DNA of 64,000 bases, from positions 1,926 through 65,925 of the forward strand of contig JAPUEM010000105.1 in assembly GCA_027492575.1 (NCBI GenBank), written 5' to 3'. The DNA is from Propionicimonas sp. GTDB taxonomy: Bacteria > Actinomycetota > Actinomycetes > Propionibacteriales > Propionibacteriaceae. The position numbers and the translations under genes were made by a program. Position 1 is the stretch's first letter. Every line of letters starts with the position of its first letter. The notes beneath the pieces were generated by a model. The model had not been told where the DNA came from. It made no database searches and was given only the letters and a program-made list of their open reading frames with translations. This document shows positions 19,456-27,799 of the stretch, piece by piece.

Positions 19456-19962
19456 GTGACCATCCACTCCTCCGACCCGTTCGCGGACGCCGAGCGCGAC
19501 GTGGTGCGCCAGTTGCGCGGCCGCCTGGCCGCCGGGGTGACCCTGTGGACGGCCGGCGCGGCGGGTGACGCCGCCGGCCTGACCGTCTCCTCGCTGATGG
19601 TGGCCAACGGGACACCGGCCCGGGTGCTCGGCCTGCTCGATCCGCTGTCGGATCTGGTCGACCTGCTGGGACGGACGCAGAAGCTGGCGGTGACCCTGCT
19701 GCGCCGCGAGGAGCACTACCTGGCCGATGTCTTCGCCGGACGCGCGCCGGCCCCCGGCGGCCGCTTCACGCAGGCCGAGTTCGTCCAGACCGCCTGGGGG
19801 CCGGTGCTCGCCGGCGACCGCAGCTGGGCCGGGCTGCGCCTGGAATCGGCCGTGGAGGTGGGCTGGTCGCTGCTGGTCACCGGCACGGTGGAGCAGGTCA
19901 CGGTGACCGGCGAGGACGCACCCCTCGTGCATCACCGCGGGCGGTACCAGGGCATCGGCTAG
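19456..19962 (+). CDS. Flavin reductase-like family protein
   Basis: GRLAAGVTLWT, GLTVSSL, PLVHHRGRY fit the flavin reductase split-barrel pattern. Confidence 0.75.
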   Translation: MTIHSSDPFADAERDVVRQLRGRLAAGVTLWTAGAAGDAAGLTVSSLMVANGTPARVLGLLDPLSDLVDLLGRTQKLAVTLLRREEHYLADVFAGRAPAPGGRFTQAEFVQTAWGPVLAGDRSWAGLRLESAVEVGWSLLVTGTVEQVTVTGEDAPLVHHRGRYQGIG

Positions 19963-20074
19963 AGATCCCGGGTCGTAGCCCCGGATGACGGGTTGGGTTC
20001 GCGGACCCCCTACAACGTGGTGACGTTCGCAGGCGCCCCAACCACCGTCATCCCGGGCTTGACCCGGGATCTCT
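19961..20074. repeat. REPIN-like inverted doublet, family B (CCGTCATCCCGG...CCGGGATCTC)
   Basis: AGAGATCCCGGGTC...CCGGATGACGG then CCGTCATCCCGGGCTTGACCCGGGATCTCT between convergent genes. Confidence 0.8.
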
Positions 20075-20085
20075 CATCAAGACGA

Positions 20086-21000
20086 CTACAGTTCGGCGCG
20101 CGTCGGGGGATTGGCGCCGGCTCGGGAGACGGTGATCGCGGCGCAGGCCAGGGCGCGTTCGACGGCCGGGGCGATCTCGTCCCAGCCGGCGGTCGCGAGC
20201 CGGTCGCGGGCGTCCACTCCGCCGAGCAGGCCGGCATCCAAGAGGCCTGAGACGAAGCCCGACATGAAGGAGTCGCCGGCGCCCACCGTGTCGACCACGA
20301 CGGTCGGCGGGGCGGCGAACTGCCGGAACTCCTCCTGCACGAGCACCAGCGCACCTTCGCCGCCGCGGGTGACGGCGCAGACCTGCGGGCCGAGGTTGGC
20401 CCAGCCGGTCAGCACCTCCTCCAGGGATCGGCCCGGGTACAGCCACGCGATGTCCTCGTCGGAGGCCTTCACCACGTCGGAGGCGGCCACCAGCGACTCG
20501 ATCTCGTCGCGCACCAGGTCGGCGCTGACCATCAGCGACGGACGGGCGTTGGGGTCGTAGGAGACGGTCGCGGTCTGGCGGGCCCGGGCGACGATGGCCG
20601 CCACCGACTCTCCGCCGGGCTGCAGGGTGGCGGCGATCGATCCGGTGTGGACGTGGCCGGCGGCGACCTCCAGCTCGGGATCCAGCTGCCAGTCGAGATC
20701 GAACTCGTAGGTCGCCGCGCCGGTGACGTCGAGGTGAGCGGCCGCGGTGGGCGTCCGTTCGGCTCGTTCGCTGCCGGGCGCCAGCGCGACCTGTTCTCTC
20801 GCCAGCAGGGCGGCGATCCGCTGACCGCGGGCGTCGGTTCCGATATGGGTGGCGAGCCGGGCGCTGTGCCCGAGCCGGGCCAGGCCGATCGCGACATTCG
20901 CCGGACTGCCGCCGACATGCTCGACGGTGTCGCCGGAGAACGGAATGACGATGTCGATCAGCGCCTCGCCGATCACCAGGACGGGTAGCTCCATGGGCAC
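20086..21000 (-). CDS. PfkB-family carbohydrate kinase (fructokinase-like)
   Basis: GGSPANVAIGLARLG, YDPNARP, DTVGAGDSF. Confidence 0.9.
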   Translation of the reverse strand: MPMELPVLVIGEALIDIVIPFSGDTVEHVGGSPANVAIGLARLGHSARLATHIGTDARGQRIAALLAREQVALAPGSERAERTPTAAAHLDVTGAATYEFDLDWQLDPELEVAAGHVHTGSIAATLQPGGESVAAIVARARQTATVSYDPNARPSLMVSADLVRDEIESLVAASDVVKASDEDIAWLYPGRSLEEVLTGWANLGPQVCAVTRGGEGALVLVQEEFRQFAAPPTVVVDTVGAGDSFMSGFVSGLLDAGLLGGVDARDRLATAGWDEIAPAVERALACAAITVSRAGANPPTRAEL

Positions 21001-21047
21001 ACCCTAGTGCTTGTCGCCCACCGGATACACGGCCGACGGCGAGGTTT

Positions 21048-21371
21048 TCAGGAGGCGAGGATGATCGCCTTCTTGGCCTCGAACTCGGCGTCGGTCAGGA
21101 TGCCCGCGGCCCGCAGCTGACCCAGCTGGGTGAGCTGTTCGAGCTGCCGGCTCATGGCCTCCGCCGGGGCCGCGGCGGCGGGGACGGCCGGCGGCTGAGC
21201 CCAGGCGGGAGCCGGGTCCTGGGGCGGGGGCGCCGGCTGCGGCGCTGCCGCGGCGACCCGGGCGGCGGCGGCCTGATCCTCCGCGGCCCAGCGCTGCTCC
21301 TGGCGGCGGCGGATGTTGCCGTGGACGTGGGTGGCGACGGAAACCCGCGCGGCGGTTCTGAGCAATCCCAT
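21048..21371 (-). CDS. SHOCT domain protein
   Basis: C-terminal QLTQLGQLRAAGILTDAEFEAKKAIIL; Pro/Ala linker. Confidence 0.8.
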   Translation of the reverse strand: MGLLRTAARVSVATHVHGNIRRRQEQRWAAEDQAAAARVAAAAPQPAPPPQDPAPAWAQPPAVPAAAAPAEAMSRQLEQLTQLGQLRAAGILTDAEFEAKKAIILAS

Positions 21372-21381
21372 GGCGAATCTC

Positions 21382-21840
21382 CTACAGCTCGTCTTCGTCG
21401 TCGTTGTCGTCCAGGGCGTGGGCGAGGTCGTCGCCGCTGACCGGACCGGCCAGCACCAGGTGGGCGCCGTGGCTCTCGAAGGACCGGATCACCGGCAGCA
21501 GCGAGAGGTGCTCGACCAGCAGCACCACCAGGGTGGCGCCGACCGGCACCTCCTCCAGCAGATCGACGATGTCCTGCTCGTCCAGCAGGTCGCTGGACGA
21601 TCCGGCGAAGGCCGGCAGATCCAGGCCGATGGCCTCGGGGAGGCTGTCGGCGTCGAGCACCTCGGCCTCGTCCTCGGCGGTCCGGTGCAGGAACTCCAGG
21701 TCGAGGATGCGGATCAGGTGATTGTCGACGGCGGCCAGGAGCTCATCCCACGGCTCCATGGAGGAGTCGCCGGGAAGCTCGAAGGCAATGATCTCGACGG
21801 GCCCGAGGTGTTCCTCGAACCACTGCTGCGATTCGGTCAT
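21382..21840 (-). CDS. DUF6325-like acidic protein
   Basis: LGPVEIIAFELPG, IRILDLEF, VLLVEHL, GAHLV pattern; commonly paired with SHOCT genes; ATG at 21840. Confidence 0.65.
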   Translation of the reverse strand: MTESQQWFEEHLGPVEIIAFELPGDSSMEPWDELLAAVDNHLIRILDLEFLHRTAEDEAEVLDADSLPEAIGLDLPAFAGSSSDLLDEQDIVDLLEEVPVGATLVVLLVEHLSLLPVIRSFESHGAHLVLAGPVSGDDLAHALDDNDDEDEL

Positions 21841-21989
21841 GAGGCACAGGCTAGCGGCTGCGCGCAACCGCCGTGCCCCCGGAAACCAGGGAAAATCAGA
21901 GTTGGATGCGGTGAATGCCCGCGGATGTGGAATTCCTGTGTGAGACTTGTGCTGACACCGATGTCCCATTTGGAGAGAATGGAAACCCC

Positions 21990-23774
21990 ATGAAACGCCC
22001 CGTCTGGGTGGCTGCCGCTCTCGCAGCCGGCCTGCTGCTGTCCTCGCTTCCGGCGTCCATCGCCGCCGCCGACCCGACCGTCACCCCTGAACCCGTACCC
22101 GCCCCGGTGGCCGAGCCGGCTCCGGCCGCCGCCGTGAAGCCGAACTGGAAACTGACCTTCGACCAGGTGGAGCAGACCACCGCCGTCGCGGTCGAGGTCG
22201 ACCCGTCGATCCCGGCGGCCGCGTCCAAGGTCACCCTGACCGCGACGATGACGTACGGCAAGACCACCACCCGGAAGGTCACCTGCACCCGGGCGCTGCC
22301 GATTCCCGAGGACGAGGACTTCACCTGCGACCTTTCCGACTACGGCAAGTGGAGCATCACCGCCCGGTTCTACCAGGGGAAGAAGAAGGTCAGGACCAAC
22401 AAGGCGGTCAGCCTCGGGATCGTCGCCGACGAGTACATCATCGCTCCACTGGGCGGCACGCTGCCCGGCACCATGTTCACCACCTCGCTGTGGGGCAACG
22501 GCACCATCCGCGGCACCGGTGAGGAGCGCATCCCGGTGATCGTGCGGCTGACCCGGGCTCACCAGTGGGATTGGAAGAAGCTGCCCGACGGCGTCTACGC
22601 CGTGCCCTACCTGACCGCGAAGCAGAATGCCACGCGGGTCTCCCTGAACAGCTACAAGTCCGCCGCGATCGCGCCGATCAAGGCGTACATCAAGGATCTG
22701 CGCAAGCTGAACAAGGATTCCGTCTTCCACCTCTATGTGAACGACTACACCGCGCACCTGGTGCACAACCTGCTGTACGCGAACAAGATCCCCGAGGATC
22801 GCTACACCATCACCTTCCTCTCCGACGGGACGCACTCGTACGCGCAGTTCGCCAAGAGCTACGGCGGGAAGGATCCGGCCGCCCAGCACCAGAAGCTGGT
22901 CGAGCAGTGGAACAAGGCGAAGGCGAAGTCGTACAAGGACGGCAAACCGCATCTGTCGGGCACGAAGGGCCGCAAGGCCATCTACGCGGGGGTGGACGTC
23001 GAGCCGTCCGCGAAGTGGTGGCTGGGACGCCCGGCCCTGCTCAACCCGAAGGCCGAGACGGGCACCTTCGCCCACGCCGCGCAGACCAGCCCCAAGGTGG
23101 TCGCGGTGAACCTGGGCAACAAGCTGACCGCGCTGCGGAACGCGGGCGACCAGGCGGTCTCGGAGTTCAAGCGGGTCTACCGGTTCAACGACGCCTACTT
23201 CGCCGATGCGGTCAAGTCCGACAAGAAGGTGATGCTCTTCCTGGGCACCACGCTGGTGAACAACGTCGAGCAGAACTTCGCCGACTACGCCGGGTTCGCC
23301 GTGAAGTACTACGGCAAGAAGTACGGCTACTACTACAAGGGGCACCCGGCCTCGCCGACCGAGAACTATCCGTCGAAGCAGAAGGAACTGAAGAAGCTGG
23401 GCCTTACCGACGTTCAGGCCTCGGTTCCGGCGGAGCTGATCCTGTTCTTCAACCCGGACATCTCCATGGCGGGCTACGACTCCACCACCTGGGCCTCGGT
23501 GCCGGACATCAACCCGGACATCGCGGAAGGTCTCTTCGGCCTGAGCAAGGAGGCCGCGGCGGCGAAGGCGGCCTACTACCCCGGCATCATCAAGTGGTAC
23601 ATGACCCCCAAGCCGAACTCGGGCCCCGCCAAGGATCTGCCCGGTGACTTCCTGGTCGAGTTCGGCGACCAGGTGGCGGCCGAGAAGGGCTACGACATCG
23701 CGATGTGGCGCTCCTCGAAGAAGACGATCACCTACTACAAGCTGGTGGACGGCAGCTACACCAAGGTCGGCTGA
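21990..23774 (+). CDS. Secreted protein with GT-B/GT80 sialyltransferase-like motifs
   Basis: Signal peptide MKRPVW...ASIAAA; motifs GTLP, FLSDGT, YYYKGHP and SVPAEL...MAGYDST in GT80 order; Lys/Tyr rich. Confidence 0.55.
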   Translation: MKRPVWVAAALAAGLLLSSLPASIAAADPTVTPEPVPAPVAEPAPAAAVKPNWKLTFDQVEQTTAVAVEVDPSIPAAASKVTLTATMTYGKTTTRKVTCTRALPIPEDEDFTCDLSDYGKWSITARFYQGKKKVRTNKAVSLGIVADEYIIAPLGGTLPGTMFTTSLWGNGTIRGTGEERIPVIVRLTRAHQWDWKKLPDGVYAVPYLTAKQNATRVSLNSYKSAAIAPIKAYIKDLRKLNKDSVFHLYVNDYTAHLVHNLLYANKIPEDRYTITFLSDGTHSYAQFAKSYGGKDPAAQHQKLVEQWNKAKAKSYKDGKPHLSGTKGRKAIYAGVDVEPSAKWWLGRPALLNPKAETGTFAHAAQTSPKVVAVNLGNKLTALRNAGDQAVSEFKRVYRFNDAYFADAVKSDKKVMLFLGTTLVNNVEQNFADYAGFAVKYYGKKYGYYYKGHPASPTENYPSKQKELKKLGLTDVQASVPAELILFFNPDISMAGYDSTTWASVPDINPDIAEGLFGLSKEAAAAKAAYYPGIIKWYMTPKPNSGPAKDLPGDFLVEFGDQVAAEKGYDIAMWRSSKKTITYYKLVDGSYTKVG

Positions 23775-23796
23775 CCGGCTCCACTCCGACCTGGCC

Positions 23797-23845
23797 GCGC
23801 GCGACCCTTCGACGATCCCTGAGCCTGTCGAAGGGTCGTTGCGCG
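23797..23845. repeat. REP-like family A hairpin between convergent genes
   Basis: CGCGCGACCCTTCGAC ga TCCCTGAGCCTGTCGAAGGGTCGTTGCGCG. Confidence 0.75.
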
Positions 23846-23849
23846 GTAC

Positions 23850-25529
23850 TCAGCCTTGACGGCGCTGGATGGCGGCCCACTCGTCGCGCAGCCCGACCGT
23901 CCGGTGGAAGAGCAGGGGAGTGTCCGGGTCGGCGGCGAAGTAGCCCAGCCGCTCGAACTGCACCACCTGACCCGGGGCCGCATCGGCCAGCGCGGCTTCC
24001 GCCACGCCGGTCAGCAGTTCGCGGGAGGCGGGGTTGAGGTCGTCCAGCGGTTCGCCGGTGGCCTCACCCGGGACGGCGGCGGTGAACAGCCGATCGTAGA
24101 GGGCTGCGGTGATCTCGACGGCGTGCGGCGCGGAGACCCAGTGCATGGTCGACTTCACCTTGCGCCCGTCCGGGGCGTCACCGCCGCGGGTGGCCGGATC
24201 GTAGGTGGCATGGACGGTCGTGATAACGCCGTCGGCGTCCTTCTCCACACCTGTAGCGGTGATCAGGTAGGCGCCGCGGAGCCGCACCTCGCGGCCGGGG
24301 GAGAGCCGGAAGAACTTGGGTGGCGGCACCTCGGCGAAGTCCTCGGCCTCGATGAACAGCTCACCGCTGAAGGCGACCTCGCGGGTGCCGTCGGCCGGGT
24401 TCTCCGGATTGTTGGTGACCTCGAAATACTCGGTCACCGGCCGTCCGGCTTCGTCCGTCGGCCAGTTGTCGATCACCAGTCGCAACGGATGCAGCACCGC
24501 CATCCGCCGTTGCGCGGTGGCGTTCAGCTCGCGGCGGACGAAGGACTCCAGAGCCTCGATGTTCTGCCGGCTGTTGGTGCGGGTCGTCCCGATCTCGGTG
24601 CAGAAGGCCCGGATGGCGGCCGCCGGGTAGCCGCGCCGGCGCAGGCCGGAAAGGGTCGGCATCCGCGGGTCGTCCCAGCCGTCCACCACGCCGTCGGCGA
24701 CCAGCCCGGCGAGACGCCGCTTGCTGGTGACGGTGTGGGTGAGTTCCAGCCGGGCGAACTCGATCTGCCTGGGCTGGTCGCCCGGCAGCGGCAGTTGCGA
24801 GAGGTACCAGTCGTAGAGCGGACGGTGGGTGTCGAACTCCAGGGTGCAGATCGAGTGGGTGACCCCCTCGATGGCGTCGCTCTGGCCGTGCGCCCAGTCG
24901 TAGGTGGGGTAGATGCACCAGTCGTCGCCGGTGCGGAAGTGGTGGCTGTGCCGAATGCGGTACATCACCGGGTCGCGCAGCGCCATGTTCTCGTGGTTCA
25001 TGTCGATCCGGGCGCGCAGCACCTTCGCCCCGTCCGGGAACTCCCCGGCCCGCATCCGGCGGAACAGATCGAGGTTCTCGGTGGCGGAGCGATCGCGATA
25101 GGGGCTGTCGATGCCCGGCTTGCCGAAGCCGCCGCGCTGGGCGGAGATGGTCTCGTTGTCCTGGTCGTCGACGTACGCCAGGCCCTGCCCGACCAGATAC
25201 TCGGCCCATTCGTAGAGCTGGCCGAAGTAGTCGGAGGCATGCAGCACCTGGGCGGGGGAGTAGCCCAGCCAGGCGATGTCGGCCAGGATCGACTCGACGT
25301 ACTCGGTCTCCTCGGTGTCGGGGTTGGTGTCGTCCAGCCGCAGGTTGCATACCCCGCCGAAGTCGCGCGCCGTCCCGAAGTCGACCGTGATCGCCTTGGC
25401 GTGACCGATGTGCAGGTAGCCGTTCGGTTCGGGTGGGAACCGGGTCTGGACGCGTCCGCCGTAGCTGCCCTGCTCGTTGTCCCGCCGGATGATGTCGCGG
25501 ATGAAGTCGTTGGCGGCAGGCTCGGTCAT
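23850..25529 (-). CDS. glnS: Glutamine--tRNA ligase
   Basis: TRFPPEPNGYLHIGHAK, YPTYDWAHGQSDAIEGVTHSICTLEF, GWDDPRMPTLSGLRRRGY, QFERLGYF. Confidence 0.93.
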   Translation of the reverse strand: MTEPAANDFIRDIIRRDNEQGSYGGRVQTRFPPEPNGYLHIGHAKAITVDFGTARDFGGVCNLRLDDTNPDTEETEYVESILADIAWLGYSPAQVLHASDYFGQLYEWAEYLVGQGLAYVDDQDNETISAQRGGFGKPGIDSPYRDRSATENLDLFRRMRAGEFPDGAKVLRARIDMNHENMALRDPVMYRIRHSHHFRTGDDWCIYPTYDWAHGQSDAIEGVTHSICTLEFDTHRPLYDWYLSQLPLPGDQPRQIEFARLELTHTVTSKRRLAGLVADGVVDGWDDPRMPTLSGLRRRGYPAAAIRAFCTEIGTTRTNSRQNIEALESFVRRELNATAQRRMAVLHPLRLVIDNWPTDEAGRPVTEYFEVTNNPENPADGTREVAFSGELFIEAEDFAEVPPPKFFRLSPGREVRLRGAYLITATGVEKDADGVITTVHATYDPATRGGDAPDGRKVKSTMHWVSAPHAVEITAALYDRLFTAAVPGEATGEPLDDLNPASRELLTGVAEAALADAAPGQVVQFERLGYFAADPDTPLLFHRTVGLRDEWAAIQRRQG

Positions 25530-25592
25530 GGCCGCCAAACTACCATCGCGGAAACCTGTGCACGCGCCTGCGGGACTGCAGGTGGTTGCGTC

Positions 25593-25676
25593 GGGATCCC
25601 GGCTCGGAGGCCGGGATGACGTTGATGGGGCAGGCGCTCAACCTAGGCCCGTCATCCCGGGCCTGACCCGGGATGT
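25593..25676. repeat. REPIN-like inverted doublet, family B
   Basis: GGGATCCCGGC...GCCGGGATGACG and CCGTCATCCCGGGCCTGACCCGGGAT in the glnS-gltX intergenic region. Confidence 0.8.
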
Positions 25677-25710
25677 ACCCCGCAACCAGCTGTATTAGGC
25701 TGAGCGAGCT

Positions 25711-27174
25711 ATGAACTCTCCTGCTCGTCTTCGGGTCGCGCCGTCGCCGACCGGCGATCCGCACGTCGGAACCGCCTACATGTCTCTGTTCAACCTCGCC
25801 TACGCGCGCGCGACCGGCGGCGCCTTCGTGCTGCGCATCGAGGACACCGACCGGGCCCGGTATGTCGAGACCTCCGAACAGCAGATCTACGACACGCTGA
25901 GCTGGCTGGGCCTGCAGTGGGACGAGGGCCCCGACCGCGGCGGGCCGTACGCGCCGTACCGGCAGTCGGAGCGGCTGGAGACCTACCGTCCCTACGTCGA
26001 GCAGCTGATCGAGGCCGGCCACGCCTACTACTGCTGGTGCTCCACCGAACGGCTGGCCGAGTTGCGCGCGCAGCAGCAGGCCGCCAAGTCGGCGGTGACC
26101 GGCTACGACCGGCTCTGCTACGGGCTCACCCGCGAGCAGCGGGCCGAACTGCCGGGGTTCAGCGAGACCCCGGTGGTGCGGATGCTGATCCCGGAGGACG
26201 CTCCGCTGAGCTTCACCGACCTGATCCGGGGTGAGGTGAACGCCCCCCGTCCGGACGACCAGGTGATCCTGAAGGCGGACGGCTTCCCGACCTACCACCT
26301 GGCGGTCGTGGTGGACGACCACCTGATGGCGATCACCCACGTGGTGCGCGGTGAGGAGTGGATCTCGTCCACCCCCAAGCACCTGCTGCTCTACCGCTGG
26401 TTGGGCTGGGACGAGCCCGCCTTCGCCCACATGCCGCTGCTGCGCAATACCGACAAGTCGAAGATCTCCAAGCGCAAGAACCCGGCGGCCCGGCTGACCT
26501 GGTTCCTCGAGCAGGGCTACCTGCCCGAGGCGCTGCGCAACTTCCTGCAGCTGCTGGCCTACCCGCCGGTGCACGAGGGGAGCGACCTGGCGAGCTTCGA
26601 CGACTTCGTCGCGAGCTTCGAGTGGGACAAGGTGAACACCACCGGCCCGATCTTCGATCTGACCAAGCTGAACTCGCTCAACGGCGAGTACATCCGCGCG
26701 CTGACCGCCGGGGAACTGGCCGACCGGGTGATCGCCCACGCCGTGCGTGAGGGCCAGTGGAGCGACCCGACACCGGCCCAGGTCGACCTGCTGCGCCGGG
26801 CGATCCCGCTGGTGCAGGAGCGGCTGGTGCTGCTCGGCGAGGCGGTGCCGAAGCTGGCCTACCTGTTCACCGCCGACGCCGATCTCGTCATCGACCCCGA
26901 CGCGCTGGCCAAGGCCGGCCCGGACGCCGCCGCCGTGGTGGACGCCGCGACGACGGCACTGGCCGGCCTCGACCGGTGGGACCACGAGGCCATCCAGGCG
27001 GCGTTGCGCGAGGCGCTGGTCGACGGCCTGGGCATCAAGCCCAAGTTCGCCTTCGGCCCGGTGCGGCTCGCGCTGACCGGCTCGAACGTCTCCCCGCCGC
27101 TCTTCGAATCCATGGAACTGCTGGGCCGGGAATCCTCCCTCGCCCGGCTGCGGCGGCTCCGCGAGCTCCTCTGA
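25711..27174 (+). CDS. gltX: Glutamate--tRNA ligase
   Basis: RVAPSPTGDPHVG, RIEDTD, ITHVVRGEEW, KISKR. Confidence 0.95.
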   Translation: MNSPARLRVAPSPTGDPHVGTAYMSLFNLAYARATGGAFVLRIEDTDRARYVETSEQQIYDTLSWLGLQWDEGPDRGGPYAPYRQSERLETYRPYVEQLIEAGHAYYCWCSTERLAELRAQQQAAKSAVTGYDRLCYGLTREQRAELPGFSETPVVRMLIPEDAPLSFTDLIRGEVNAPRPDDQVILKADGFPTYHLAVVVDDHLMAITHVVRGEEWISSTPKHLLLYRWLGWDEPAFAHMPLLRNTDKSKISKRKNPAARLTWFLEQGYLPEALRNFLQLLAYPPVHEGSDLASFDDFVASFEWDKVNTTGPIFDLTKLNSLNGEYIRALTAGELADRVIAHAVREGQWSDPTPAQVDLLRRAIPLVQERLVLLGEAVPKLAYLFTADADLVIDPDALAKAGPDAAAVVDAATTALAGLDRWDHEAIQAALREALVDGLGIKPKFAFGPVRLALTGSNVSPPLFESMELLGRESSLARLRRLRELL

Positions 27175-27175
27175 G

Positions 27176-27796
27176 TCAGCCCGCCAGCGGCGTGGCGAAC
27201 AAGGTCTCGAAGGTGTAGGTGCCCTCCGCCTTGTTCTGATGGACGGCGCACCAGGCGAGTTCGGTGAAGACGATCTCGCCGGCCGGACCGTCCGCCCCGG
27301 CGTCGGCCAGGGCCGCCACCACGTCGCTGTCAGCTCCCTCGCCGGTCGCGTAGGCGATGGTGATGTGCGGCCCGAACGGCGGCTGGTAGTGCAGCGCCGC
27401 GTCGCCGAGCGCGGCGGCGGCCGCGGTTCGAGCGAGATCCACCACCGCCGCCCACTGGTCGTCCGGGGGGGCCAGGGTCAGCACCGAGTTCACCGTCGGC
27501 ACCACCTCGCCGAAGCCGAGCCGGACGGGGGAGAGCCCGGCGGCCGAAGCCGCCGCGCTCTCCTGCAGCTGGGTCAGCGTGGCCTCGTCCAGCTCGCCGA
27601 TCAGGAAGGGGAACCGTTGCACGGTCGCGTGCAGGCCGTCGATCGGCTGCGGCGCGAGGTAGCCGAGGTGGGCCACCGCCGCCACCGCGCGGGCCAGTCG
27701 CTCCCGGGTCGCGGCATCCGGCACCAGGTAGGCGTGGAGCTGGCCGGTGGGATCGGTCCAGTCGTCGGCCGTGGTGGCGAAGAAGTCGGAGACCAT
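27176..27796 (-). CDS. 2H phosphoesterase (2'-5' RNA ligase-like) family protein
   Basis: Two HxT motifs, LHATV and PHITI. Confidence 0.7.
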   Translation of the reverse strand: MVSDFFATTADDWTDPTGQLHAYLVPDAATRERLARAVAAVAHLGYLAPQPIDGLHATVQRFPFLIGELDEATLTQLQESAAASAAGLSPVRLGFGEVVPTVNSVLTLAPPDDQWAAVVDLARTAAAAALGDAALHYQPPFGPHITIAYATGEGADSDVVAALADAGADGPAGEIVFTELAWCAVHQNKAEGTYTFETLFATPLAG

Positions 27797-27799
27797 GCC

